Positions 25,682 to 38,734 of a stretch of DNA of 64,000 bases are shown piece after piece; positions within the stretch are counted from its first letter, which is position 1, and each line of letters begins with the position of its first letter. Made by a program: the position numbers and the translations under genes. This DNA comes from Squalus acanthias (lineage: Eukaryota). The notes beneath the pieces are model-generated. The model was not told the DNA's origin, made no database searches, and saw only the letters and a list, made by a program, of their open reading frames with translations. The stretch lies in assembly GCA_030390025.1 (NCBI GenBank), contig CM059444.1, positions 32,612,001 to 32,676,000 on the forward strand, read 5' to 3'.

Positions 25682-28600
25682 TAAGTTTCTAAAGTTTGCA
25701 TCAGATCTTTACTGGGCATAAGCAAGTGGAGCAATGGAAAGAAGGAGTTTGCTGTATTTTTTTCATTTGAGTAGGAAGGCGATAAAAACAATGAGGAAAA
25801 AGTATTCGTCTCCTTTGGTCAGAAAGGAATAGCTGAAATTGATATTATATGCTGCCTAACCCAAGGTTAAATGACATCCATTTCCATTTTCACGATTTAG
25901 TTTGCTTAAACTGAAAGCAACAAACCTGTCTAATCTAGTTTTCAATTTAAAAAACAATCAACAGTGGATTGTGCGCCTGATTTCTTTAAAAATCTTCCAG
26001 GCAAGTTTCTAACAAAGATCATATTCCTTTACAAGTTAGGTTAGAACAAATGTGGACTATAGTAAAACTTGAAACTAAAGGATTAAAACTGCTTACAAGA
26101 AAAAACATTACAATAAAATAGAGTAATCTAAGATCTGCATCAGAAGCTGCTTACCTCCTATCTGTAGGGCTGGTAGTTTCACTTTCATTTTCTGACACTT
26201 ATAGCAATGGTTTCTGCAAATACCATTTCTCATCATGTACAGAAACAATAAAGTATATTTTGTATGTTAACTTCTCAAAACTAACATTTCCATATCTCTA
26301 TGAGGCAGCGGTATATAGATATATTGAAATTAAATTTACATTTTCACTGAACTTCACTCAAATACTGTCTTACTATACAATATTTTTGAGGTCAATTTGC
26401 TTAACTATAGACACAAGAATAAGGAACACATCTATTGTCTATCCAACTAACTATGAACACACTGCTGGGACACTAATAATTCATATTTGCAGGACTAGAG
26501 GCTATAGCAAAGCAAAATTGATCAAAGATCAAACAGAATATGGATTAAACAAAGCAATAGGGCAGCCCCACATGACAGAACAGATTTCTAATTATTCCTA
26601 AAATTGTGCTTTTATTGTTCCTCTGCATAGATGACTGATCACATCTAGTGCAGGCTGTAGACATGAACATGGTTTCTAATATCTATGATCCTTTGAGGTT
26701 TGGCTAGCAGGAAGCATGCACACAAGCTGGTTCACAAGCAGTGGGTAAGCATATGTCATAACATTGCTGAAAACTAATGATAAGAGTTATAAATTGTAAA
26801 ATTAAAAATGGATGTCATGCTTTTCAAGAGCTTTAGTTGGACACACTGGGATTCCTATTCAGAGGACTCAAATCTGAATTAAACTTTTGACTGTCAGAAA
26901 GGGCTACAGAGTTCATGGACTTTTGACTTTGATCCACAAAGCAACTTGCAGTGGTTGTGCTCTCTATCTCATGGGAGACAAAAATTAGTAGGGAAATAAA
27001 TCCTACCCTGCAAAGTATGCCAGTGCAGTGCAACACTAAAAGCGGTTGTAGAGAAGTTTAACGACCGCAACAATAACTTCAGTTTAATTTGTAAACTAAT
27101 TATTTCTAGTTTTAATAAATTGTCCTTTCCCTCTAAATTTTAAAAAGGTTGTTTCATATGACTACTTGATCAAGTCTCTGTGGACTATGATAGTTTCTGA
27201 GCTACTGTAACCAAGAACATTTCTGTGGAAAGGAACTGGACTGGGCTCAATAGTGAAGATACAGGATGCATAGGAGTTTTGCTTGATTACCTTCAGTAGC
27301 CAGGAAGAAATTTAGTGAAATTTTCCCTCAGAAGATTAAATAAATGGGCCAGGGTCCATAATAATATAGATTGTACGCAGGTTGAGGATAAAGTGGATTT
27401 TAGCGGAGATCAGGCAGTGGAGGATTGCAGGGGATGAGCTATGTCCCAGCACTCCAGCCACAGTGCGTCAAAGAAGCAATTACTTCAGTTATTAAAATGA
27501 TTACGTATAAGCAAACAAGTATTTATGAACATAGCCTGATCTTTCAGTGCCATTATATGCAGAGCCCTCTAAATCACTGTACCGCACAAATATATTTTCT
27601 GCATTATTCACCATAATTTCAAGTTTACTACAAATACGCATAAAGATGTTAGATCCAATATTCATAGGCTGCTAATATTATACAAAATAATCCACAGAAG
27701 AATTCATTAGCATTGCAATAAGCCCACAAATAGCAGCCCTCCAGCTTTCCTAAAACAGAACCCACAGTTTAATAGGCCTTTAGCCAGAGCATTTATCCCT
27801 ATGGGACCAATATTGTCTAGGGTCTCATCAGCAAGTAGACAGTGCAACCGCCACATATGGGGTAAAGGCAGTTACTAATGCAAATCACCAATAAAGAAGG
27901 ATAAATCTAGATATTTCAACTACAGAGACTAGATTCCAAATGTCTACTTAATCCCTCGAGTGTTCTTTATGTGAAATTGGAAATGCATTTGAAGGAGTCA
28001 AAAGAAAATGCTTCAAAAATTAGATTATAATTTTGATACGAACAGGCAATAAAGCCTTAGTCAATTGTATTAATCTCTCAGTTTTTGTGACGTATACAGG
28101 CAGCAGCAATAATTTGCAACAGCTACCTTTCTAGGATACTTTCTTAAGTGAAATCTCGTAATATCTGTGCATTGGAAATCAGTATAATCTGTTTTATTTT
28201 GTTTGTGCTAAAACAGCTTTAGGGAACTGCAGTGCTTCAAATACATTCTAGCTGAGTCGAGTAGCACTTTACTGGGCATTGTTTCAGATGCACACATACT
28301 TTTCAGAAATTTGCAACGATACTTTTGTCATTGTATTGGGAGATTTCAGGGCAGGCTCTCATCCTGGAATGGCCTGAAGCTATCTGATCTGATACTCAAT
28401 TTAATGGCCCCCATGCTGAATACCAAGATGATTTGCTTGGCAATATATATAATAGGGGTAGTATTCATTTTTAGTGACCTGTACAAAAAAAGCATTGTTA
28501 TATGGCTGTATCATGTTGAATGCGACTTGTATCTTCTGTACGCAAACATTGCTGAAAAGTGTTACCAAACACCTTTCAGTGGGTTCATACCTCTTTCAGA

Positions 28601-28683
28601 ACGGTTTTTATTTGATACATTGCCATATTACAAGAACTTTTAAAGTAATAAAGCATAGCTACTTCCTAAACTAGCAGGCTTAA

Positions 28684-29010
28684 CCTTGGTTCAGCGGTAG
28701 CATTCTTGTCTCTGAATCAGAAGGTTGTGGGTTCTCTCAGGTGGATGTAATAGATCCTATGGCACTATTCGAAGAAGAGCAGGGGAGCTCTCTCTGGCTA
28801 ATATTTATTTCTCAACCAACATCCCTAAAATAGATTATCTGGTCATTATCCCATTGCTGTTTGTGGGACCTTGCTGTGCACAAATTGGCTGCCACGTTTC
28901 CCTACATTCCAACTGTGACTACACTACAAAAGTATTTAATTGGCTGTAAAGCGCTTTGGGACGTCCTGAGGTTGTTAAAGGCGCTATATAAATGCAAGCT
29001 CTTTCTTTCC
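28684..29010 (+). mobile_element. tRNA-derived Deu-domain SINE (SacSINE1/AmnSINE1-like), internally deleted
   Basis: tRNA-like head tggttcagcggtagc...ggttgtgggttc; Deu-like core cattgctgtttgtgggaccttgctgtgcacaaattggctgcc; L2-type tail aaaggcgctatataaatgcaag. Confidence 0.8.
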
Positions 29011-30893
29011 ACAGCCTACAGTAGCATTTTCAAAACTAAATTCTGCTCTTCAAGCATCAAACAGCAGAAGCTATTTTATAAAGATGCTTCACACAAAACT
29101 ACAAAGATCATTCATTTCTGCTGTCCATTAAATATGCTACTGTAATAACTGTATTCAGAATAAAGCAGAGCTCTAATTAAAAGGACAAGCTAGAAATTAT
29201 GAAAACCAACTCAGCATTGACGTCTAAGCAACTCGTCTGTCGGCTGAATCAGATGGCACATGTTTTGTGCATCCATATGAGAATGTTGGAGGCTACATTT
29301 GAACAATGAATGGGAGTGTTATATGTCCTTTTACTCCAACAAAATGACTGCAGAATAAATCTTGATGTAACCAAATTAAACATTTCCATGTCTCCTTCAT
29401 CCCCTTCTAAAACTGCTCTCCAGATGAGAATGTAATTGCTGAAACCTTTATGCCAGACCAGGATACCCAGGAGTATTTGGAAACTGATTATCCATTATGT
29501 GACCTTTGACCTGGATAGTTAAAGTTTGTGCTTTTGCATTTCAAATCAATATAAAGAACATCTGTGTTTGCTACACAAAATGGTTTATAGTGGGGATAAC
29601 TGCAGTGCTTTTCAGGCTTTTACTGTGGCCAACTATAATGGCACAAACTCTGCACAAGAACGTCCAGAACTACACTGGTTTGAAACAGAATTAGTATTTT
29701 ACCAGTGGAACCTCCAGAACATCTAGAAACATTTTGAATCACTTAAACTAAGTCCCACAATGAATAGATGAAGTGGCAGCACATTTGGGAGGCATTAACT
29801 TTTGAAAGGACCAGCTGAAATTGTTTGAACATTGATAGCTGTTTTGGAAGAGAGATGAGAAAATCTTAAGTTACTTTTGTCTGAGAAGGGGCTTTATACA
29901 GCCACTGAAGTGATGTCAGTTCCAAAATTTATGGATTAGAAGGTAGATATTTTACTGCACCTTTTACTTAACTAAAAATGTACCAATAGCTAATCTGTTT
30001 ACCATTTTTTGATATGTACACTAATTTACTAATAAGACACAAGAATCATGGAATACAGCTATTGTTTTAATTCAAACAAGCTGTTGGAAGCTTTTATAAA
30101 CCTTTCTTGGATAAAGTAAGTTGGATTTTTTTTGCACCACAGTTAATGGACACCTCTCAGGATTCCTTTTGTCCCTTTTGCTCATGGCAATGGAGTCTTC
30201 AATATATCAGTAAAAACGTTTGAAAGTCCTCAAGTTGGTAAAAGGCTTTTTTGTGCCTCTTTAATGAGCATCAGTCTCCTAGTTCTGAAGACTGAACAGA
30301 CTCTTCAGACAAATTCGGCAGCGGGGGGCCTGTCACCATGACAACTGACAACTTCAGTGAATCCTGAAAGCTAGCATTACCATTTGGGAAATAGTTGCTA
30401 AAAGTTGCAGAGGAATCACTGCATTGGTAGCATTGTGACATGGTTTTCACAGCTCACAGCTGTACATCATTACACCAATCATTCAAGCACAGTAAGGAAA
30501 AACATGTCACGGGCCTTATGGAACAGCTGAGGCACCAGAAAATGTTACCTTTCATTACATCTGAAGTGAAAAAACACAACAAACAATACAACATGCAAAC
30601 AAATAATACATGCAACCATCAACATTTCTACAAAAGAGTACTTGCTCTTTTAATGATGCCTAGCTTCCCTAATCTTACATAAGTTCAGAAAAACTGGATC
30701 AACCACAGGAACCGGTTTCACACTTTTATGTTATATTTATAGTGCAGTTTCTGGTCTGAAACCAGGAGTAAGAGTTCCAGCCAGCTGTAGCTGGTTTACA
30801 CTACCTGGATAGAACATCAATTCTACTACCCAGGAGATAGCTCTGTGGATGTGTGCATCTGTGGGAGCGCCAAGCCCAGGAATTAAAATTTAA

Positions 30894-31592
30894 AGCCCTG
30901 ATTTTAACCCGCTGTTCCCGATGAGAATGGGGCATGCGGGGTGTTAAAATAGGAACAGAGTACTTACCTCCCCATTCCGCTACACTCCTGCTAGCTGATA
31001 CTTTAATGCCCGAGTTTCGAGAGGCATATGAGGCCCTTGTCGCAAGCAGGCGAGGGTTTCATAAATATTCAAAAGTTGCGATCCAGTGACGTCATTTAGA
31101 ACCCAAGACAGATTTAACCCCAAGTCACGCAAGTTGCACACAGTGCCGATTGTACTGGGGAATGGTGGCTTCAGATGGATCCAGGTCAGAAGAGGCCCAG
31201 CAAGCTAAGTATTTTTAAAGTTTTACCTGCTCCTCCAGGCTCATAAGGAAACCTTGGGCTTCCCATACCTCGGGCTTCCCCCTCCCCCAACCGCAATTGC
31301 CTCCCGACCTCCCCATACAACTTACTTCAGTGGCGGGTACCGTTCCCTCAGGTCCCCAGTGGCAGCCTCCTGACGCCCAAACTCCCGTACCCGCCCGCCA
31401 GCCTCCTCGTCATAGTTGCCAGGTTGGAACGGGAGTTCGTTGTGGGATATGGTGATGTGGCCTGGGGGTTAAAATCGCCCAGGCCTCTTGGTGGAGTGTG
31501 GCGTGGCTGTGTGAGATTGCTGTTCGTCCACTCCCCCATACCCTCTGCCGTCCCCCCATGCTGCAATCATGCCCCGAGTTAAAATTGGGGCT
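30894..31592. mobile_element. PIF/Harbinger-type MITE
   Basis: TIRs agccctgattttaac and gttaaaattggggct, flanked by TAA/TTA. Confidence 0.8.
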
Positions 31593-31604
31593 TTAATATT
31601 TAGA

Positions 31605-32030
31605 GTGCGTGGATGTTTAGAGCAGTTTAAACTGAGGAGGCAGTTCAGGAACTACAAGTGTGAGACAAAACATGTAAGTAAGTGGAACAATGGCAGATGA
31701 TATTTAAAAAGTATAAGTGTAAAGTACTACACACATGAAGAAAAGTGAGTAGCAATTGCACTCCATGTATGGTGCTGAAAAAGCTAAGGATAATGAGAAA
31801 GATCTAGGGATTTTGATAGACTTGACGCATAAGTGCAACCATCAAAGCAAAAAGAATGTTGAACTATATAACCAAAAGAGTAGAGTACAAGTCAAAGGAA
31901 ATCATGCTCAAACTGTATAGAGCTCTGGTCAGACGACACCTTATGTACTGTGTCTAGTTCTGGTCACAAAGACGTAATGGAAACATTTAAGGTGGTTCAG
32001 AAAAACGTTACCAAGTAAATCATTTCTGAA
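31605..32030 (+). mobile_element. Degraded CR1 ORF2 fragment
   Basis: Remnants of W..QM.F..KCKVLH, EKDLG, LYRALVR.HL.YCV.FW. Confidence 0.65.
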
Positions 32031-32078
32031 AAGGAAGCTTAATAAAATGTGGCAGGTTACCTCTCTCTCAAATTTAAT

Positions 32079-33684
32079 GGGGTTGATTTTAACCCCACCC
32101 CGCGGGCAGGAACGATGCGTGGGAAGAGTTAAAATCCGGCAAGTGGATTTACTGGCCCGGTATCAGTCTATTCCTGCCGAATTTCCAGGCGACCGAGGCT
32201 CCCGCTACAGCCAGGCAGGAGCCCCGTGAATGCGATGCAAATCGGGGTCCTATGACATAATTAGGACCCCAATGTTATTTTAACTGAAAAAAAACCTGCC
32301 ATTGTCTATTGGGGTTAAACAGTCAACAGGCTGCAAGATTTAAAGAGGCCACGAGCTGCAGGCACTCAAATCGGTTGCGCCTGTGTGTAACTGAGCTTGT
32401 TGGAGTTGGAGTGCTTTGGCACTTTCCAAATTGCTGATTTCTGATCCTTTGGGGTCGATTTTAACAGACCTTTGGTTACTCACCCGCAAGAGGCAGTAAA
32501 AGCTTAGGTTGGGTGGTGCTCTCATTGCACTGTACTGGGTGCTGGAGGAGGAGGAAGAGCAGCAACAGAGCCCTCAACCTGCAAAAGGAGCTGCAGTTAG
32601 ACCTCTGAGAATACAGCAGGTGTGGGGGTCTGCTCACAGAAGGCCCTATCCACCCAACAACTTCCGCACCTTCCTTGTGATGTCTGAGGAGGCTGCGCTT
32701 GTCCAGGTAGATTGTTGCTGACTTCTGCAGGCTCCTGGAGCAAGATCTGCTGCCTGATGGAACTGGGGTCCACACTATGCCAGAGGCTGTAAAGGTGACC
32801 ACAGCCCTAAACATCAAGCAAGTGACCAAAGCACTATTTTCCAGTGAAAACCAATGCATATCATTTTTCATTGATGACAACAGCCATATGACAGAGCCTT
32901 GGGGTTTGCAACAAAGGCTGGTTCCCCCAGGTGCAGGGCACGATTGACTACACTCACTCATGTTGCCATCAGGGCACCTCAGGACCAGCCAGGAGCTTTC
33001 ATGAACTGCAAGGGGTTTCACTCCATCAATGTGCAGCTTGTTTGTGATCATAGCAAATGGATCATGCAGGTCTGTTCCCAGGCAGCTGCCATGATTCATT
33101 CATCTTGCGCTAGTCGTGGGGACAAGGCCTACCCCCTTCTGCCATGGTTTAATGACCACCCCTTTTCAACTCCACCACTCCGAAGCAGATCAGGCCTAAC
33201 GACAGCAAGGCCACCACATGGAGGGTCATAAAGCTCACCATTGGGCTCCTGAAGCAATATCTTGATGGGTCCAGGAGCTCCCTTTAATATTCTCCAGGGA
33301 GATTATCATGCTAAACAGTGGCCTGCTGCGTCCTACACAACATCACTATCCAGACAGAATTGGAGCTGCAGGAGGCAACTGGGCAGGAAGAGTCACCATC
33401 TGATGAGGAATATGTGGGTGTAGGTGAGAAAGAAGCAGAGGAAAATGGGCCAGCACAACACCTTGCGGATAGAGATGCAAAGGGTGCATTAATTGCTCAA
33501 CGGTTCAGGTGAATAACTCGGTCCCTTCCCAGTAAAACTGAAACCAATCCCGTTTGCAGTAACAGTCCTCGTAACCTCCATCTCCACTCCCGTAATCATG
33601 CATTCTCCAACACTGAAAACTACCTGATTTTCATTTCCATTGAAATCAGTTTTACGCCCAGGTGGCAATTTGAAAATCTACCCC
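32079..33684 (+). mobile_element. Degraded PIF/Harbinger transposon with transposase remnant
   Basis: TIRs ggggttgatttt and aaaatctacccc; flanks aat/cat; peptides HVAIRAPQDQPGAFMNCKGFHSINVQLVCDH, GDKAYPL, ACCVLHNI and ALIAQRF (Harbinger transposase motifs). Confidence 0.88.
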
Positions 33685-33685
33685 C

Positions 33686-34090
33686 ATCCATCACCGAGAC
33701 CTCTTATTTTCACCACTGCAACATTGCCTGGCCCTACCGCTATCTCAGTCAATCTCTGCTGAAACTTTTATACATGCCTTTGTAACCTTCAGACTCAACT
33801 ACTCCAATATTCTCCTTGCTGATGGCCTACTTTCACTCTCCATAAGATCCAACTTGTCCAAAACAATGTTGTACTGTATATATCTTGTCCCACACAAAAT
33901 CCCACTCGCCCATCATCTATCTTCTCACTGGCCGACAATAGCTTCTAGCCTCCCAATGCAATAAACTTAAAATCTTTCTCCTTGTTTTGAAATTCGTCCA
34001 TGGCCTCACCTCATTTAATATCTGAAACTCCTCTAACCCTATAGTCCCCACCCCAACACTCTGTTCCTCGGCATCTGGCCTGCTGTGTTA
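33686..34090 (+). mobile_element. L2 LINE ORF2 3' fragment
   Basis: Remnant AETFIHAFVTFRLNYSN.LL and LVQN motifs typical of the L2 ORF2 C-terminus. Confidence 0.7.
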
Positions 34091-34910
34091 CTTCTAACTA
34101 CAGTCCAAAATGGATACTGCAGCTATCTAACCATTGAAACAGCAAAACCTTGAAGTAAAAATGTAATATTTAGGGCACCAAGTAAAATGATATATGGCAC
34201 AGCTGATATTTTTCAGTTTTATTTATTGTGACATGATAAATTGCTGCTACTATTGACCCAGGACAAAACCTGTCAATTGAAGACAGCATTTATGGTAACT
34301 GTTACTTTCCAACATATTGCCAGGTTAGCGATTTAGTAGCTAAAAAGAGGGACATTTCATTCAATTAGATTCTAGTCTGTTATTTGCTGTCGGTTGCTTT
34401 CTAATGATAATGCAGCCACTCTTGATATTGTCAACCCTCTTTTTGTTTAATTTTAGTCCGATTTATTTGGCACTCAGATTGATTTAATTTAAAGAGTACT
34501 CTTTTAAAAACAAATCCTTAAAAAATATATAGTTTACATAACCAAAATCAACAGCCAGGCTTAAATGAATCTTTACTCTGTCTCCACTTCAGCCTTCAAT
34601 TGGCATGGGCACTCATTCACTAAGTGGTGGGACAGATTTGGACATGACAGTCCCATTCTTCAACTGGCTGAAAACAGATGCATTTCTCCAAGGGAGGACA
34701 TGTCCTGCCAGCAACCCCCTTCCCTCACTTTTCTCCCCTGCATCACCCTGAGAAAGAGAGTTCTGCTACGACGGAGTACTTCACCTACCCAACTCCCTCA
34801 AACTTGGTTAAACTCATGGAAGATACAATGTAAGCTGATGCTGGGGCTTATGATCAGGTCGAGAGTCCAACAATACAGGACCATTATTTCACCATTTTAT
34901 TTCATCAATA

Positions 34911-35274
34911 CAGGAAACTCTTTATTAACCGGCACCGACGGGACCGGCGTGGTGCCGGTTAATCAAAAAGTCCGGATAATGGAGAGTTATATCTCCCAAC
35001 GTACGAGAGCCCCGTACACATTGACATGCGCCTGCATTCGGAGCTCCGTCTCCCCGGGAACCGCCAGCTGACCATCTGTCGTGTCCGCTGCCTACCCGGG
35101 CTGCACATTCCCCTCCCAATCTACATGCTCCGATACAAGGCAAACGCCTCGGGGTTTTTTTTAAAGTTAATTTTAAACGAGAGATGAAGGAAAACCCCGG
35201 TTACCTACTCAAGAATTTTGCCGGTTAAGAGAGATTTCCGGATATTTGGGTGCCGGTTAATAAAGAGTTTCCTG
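34911..35274. mobile_element. Tc1/mariner (pogo/Tigger-like) MITE, 364 bp
   Basis: Perfect 26-bp TIR CAGGAAACTCTTTATTAACCGGCACC, TA duplication on both sides, subterminal ccggttaa/ccggataa repeats, CpG-rich. Confidence 0.9.
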
Positions 35275-35589
35275 TATATGGTTATTTTATGTTTTAATTG
35301 GTCATTACTATTTTTTTTTAAATAACCATGTTATCCCGTTAACATTTTAAATATAGATGAAAGTGGACAAATTTCCTAATGATTGATATTTTGCTTAGTT
35401 GTGATAAAGATCAGCACTTTTCTGGGAATTAATCACTTTATCAAAGAACAAAATCATTTAAAATTGGAAATTGTAATATACATGTTGAAAAATGTGGTTA
35501 TGTGCAATCAGCATGAAGGAAGTCATAAACTTATGAATGTTTTGTTGCACTCCACTAATAACAATCAATTAATAAAACAATTTAAAAAA

Positions 35590-35700
35590 TCCAAATGCTG
35601 GAAAGCTGAAATAAAAACAGAAAATGCTGGAAATACACAACATTTGAAAGAGAAAGGACAAATTAATGTTTCATGTACATATACTTTGACAGAATTAGTT
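35590..35700 (-). mobile_element. Penelope terminal fragment
   Basis: tgctgg..ctgaaataaaaacagaaaatgctggaaatac matches the Penelope terminus at 38146. Confidence 0.55.
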
Positions 35701-36277
35701 ATTGCAGCTGTGTGGAGAAATCCAGGTGAATTGCCTCCTTCTATGCTCTAGGACTATGCTTCTACCACTGAACTACCTGCCCACTAATGCCTTCAACAGT
35801 ATTGGTGGGCAGCTCAGAAAAAGAGTTTGAAAACAATTCAAACTTTACACAAGCTAGTAGTTTCTTTGAGACTTGAGAGAATATAAGCCAGAAAAGCAGT
35901 AATTGCTCCCTCTCAGCTACACTAGGCTTTTGCCCAGAATAGAAGGGAAAATAATTAGCAGGCAACATAAGCTCAGTATCTTTTGAATGGCTTTATACTC
36001 ACTGGCATGTGCAACAGTGGAATCTTGGCAAAATCACCTCAGTTGTGGAAAAGAAAATCACACAAAGACAAGCTACATCCTCCATCAACTTGAAGACTGT
36101 TGTCATTCTCAACAATTGCATTTTTGATATGAAGTCCCAGAAAAGCCTCACTTCCTCTAGCTTGTCAAGAAACCATCCTCTTCAGTTTACACCAACACTT
36201 AAGCACTTCTGCCCTCAACCTCTTCGACTATGCTCAGGGTTGTGATACTGTTCGACCGCGAGGTCAATTTGCTTGGA

Positions 36278-36722
36278 GCATAGGAACAGGAGGAGGCCTT
36301 CAGCCCCTCAAGCCTGTTCTGTCATCCAATTAGATCATGGCTGATCTGTATCTTAACTCCATCTACCCGCTTTGGTTCCATAACCATTAATAGCCCTCAA
36401 CATGTTCTCCACATCTAATCCGTTACCATAACTGCCTTCTTTAAAACGGAGATGAGGAGGAATTTCTTCTCTCAGAGGGTCGTGAATCTTTGGAATTCTT
36501 TACCTCAGAGAGCTGTGGAGGCTGGGTCATTGAATATATTTACGGTGGAGATAGACAGATTTTTGAACGATAAGGGAGTCAAGGGTTATGGGGAGCGGGC
36601 AGGAAAGTGGAGTTGAGGCCAAGACCAGATCAGCCCCGATCTTATCGAATGGCAGAGCAGACTCGAGGGTCCAAATGGCCAACTCCTGCTCCTATTTCTT
36701 ATGTTCCTATGTTCTTATGTTC
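36278..36722. mobile_element. Two CR1 3' ends in inverted orientation (36278-36398 minus; 36441-36722 plus), within an L2-like remnant
   Basis: cataggaacaggaggaggcc...tagatcatggctgatc is a reverse CR1 tail; gagatgaggaggaatttc...ttatgttcctatgttcttatg is a forward CR1 tail. Confidence 0.8.
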
Positions 36723-38145
36723 CATCGCCAAAACACTGTCTGTCTCCGCCATTACATCTTCCCGCTCTTCTACCTTAACCTTGGTCTATCTTTATCACCT
36801 CCAGACTCAATTTCCCCAAGATTCTCCTCTTTGGCCCCTCTACTTCCACCATTCATAAATTACAATTCTTCCAGAATGTTGTACTCAGCATTCTTAGCTG
36901 CACCAAGACCTACACCCAATCATCGGCAAGCTGCATTGACTTTCCATACCACAGGGAATCAATTTTAAGATTTTTATTCTTGCCTTCAAATTCCCCCGAG
37001 CCATTACTTCAGTGACCTCCATTCATACATCTGTACACACCAGCATTAACTCATTTTTCACTTACTCTGTTTGACTATCGGTAGCAGCTCCTCCAGATAA
37101 TATGTCCTCGCACTCTGGAACTTTTTCACTCAACATCTCCACTTTCTCAGCTCCCAGCCTGCTTTCAAAAGCTGCCTAAAAGACTAATCTCTTCAACTGT
37201 GCTTTAAACATTTATTATACATATGAAACATCTCCACCCTGCCCCTGGCTTGGAGTACGCCCTTTTATGTCCATTGGCCTGCAAGAAGCACTATAGGACT
37301 CCATGTTGTTGCACTAGTTCCATCTGTGATGCTTCTAGTACATTCTCTCAATCTGCAACTTCATCAGCTTGCTAATATTTCCATTTATTTGCATCATATT
37401 TCAACATTTGGATATTGCATGTAGGGTTATGCAGCACAATCAGCCTGAATGAAAGGATGTGAACATACCATTGTCTGTATGAAAACAATATTTGCATACA
37501 TCTCTAAACTGCTGCCATACACATGCGTAATTAATTTAGTATTTTTACTTCCCAAAAGTACTGTATGAACAAATATTAATTGAATTAGCTACAAACTAAA
37601 CTTCCAAAACCCCAAGAAAAATACTCGAAAAAAATCTAAAATTTGGGTTCAAATAAAGAGAACATTTTTCTTTTATAAATTCAGATTTAAGATGACCTAG
37701 AATCCCCACAGTAGGTATTGTCATTGGACTAACTCTGAAAAAGGGACAAGAAACATTACCCTAAATTACAACTGAAGGCTGCAATCACAAAGTTTACAAA
37801 CTGCAGTTTAGCTGTCAAGTTTCACATATTCTATTTATTTCAATGGGATCAATGACAGTTGGCTTTTTACAGGAGTGAATATCAGTGTATAATAAATCTC
37901 AGCCAGGAGAGTTCCCTTGCCCACTCTAATACAAAGCAATTGTTGCTTAGTGCTAAAATTAATTACATTTCCTCCCTGGTTACAGGAAAGTTTCCCACTT
38001 TCACACATTTCATTTATAGCCTTTCCTGCTATTTTACTCAAGCCTCCTCCTACTTTTAGGTATTAATAAAACCTCAATTACCACAAACAACATTTGAAAG
38101 TGTAATTGGACAGCATATTGTGTTGCCAACATAATATTTTATTCT

Positions 38146-38402
38146 GAAATAAAAACAGAAAATACTGGAAATACTCAGCAGGTCAGGCAGCCTCTGTAGA
38201 GAGAGAAACAGAGTTAACGTTTCAGGTCGATGACCCTTCGTCAGAACTGGAAAAAGCTGGAGAAGGAACAGGTTTTTAAGCAAGTGCAGGGGCAGGGAGA
38301 GGGGGTAGGGGAGGAAAGAACAAAAGGGAAGGTATGTGATAGGATAGAAGGCAGGAGCGATTAAGAGAAAAAAGGGATGATGGTGCAAGGAAAAAGGAAT
38401 AG
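38146..38402 (-). mobile_element. Short single-arm Penelope insertion with 13-bp TSD
   Basis: Related to 7681-7900; TSD aatattttattct at 38133-38145 and 38403-38415. Confidence 0.85.
38212..38248 (-). ncRNA. Minimal hammerhead ribozyme in the solo Penelope fragment, sense to PTPRG pre-mRNA
   Basis: AGUU-CUGACGA-A-GGGUC(AUC)GACCU-GAAA-CG-UU-AACU. Confidence 0.72.
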
Positions 38403-38734
38403 AATATTTTATTCTATTCATTTCAGTGGGCTAAACTATAGCTGATAGTGACAAAACTGAAAATAGCTTTAGTATAAATGGGTTAACCCTTACTTCGCTA
38501 CAGATGAGGCATCTCATCTGGGCTCAGTGGGATTGCTGATGCTGTGAACAAGATACCGGGGGGTGAAATTGGACTGATCATATGCAACTGAGACACACAG
38601 GAAGTGTGCCACACGGCATATTGGTTAAGGTGCACCTTAGTCATCCCCCCCGCCTCCCGGAAACAAGCAATAGGCCCATGGCTTAAGCAAATGGAGGGCC
38701 GAATCCCCATTGCAGGCCCCTTTACTAAACTGTA

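Noticed and set aside
26155-26213. tttgcag...GGAG|gtaagc segment as the missing exon 14 (NHCYKCQKMKVKLPALQIG)
   Set aside because: 59 nt does not preserve the phase 2-2 frame and similarity to the human exon is negligible.
28684-28735. tRNA gene
   Set aside because: The tRNA-like sequence is a SINE head continuing into a Deu core and LINE-type tail; no complete cloverleaf.
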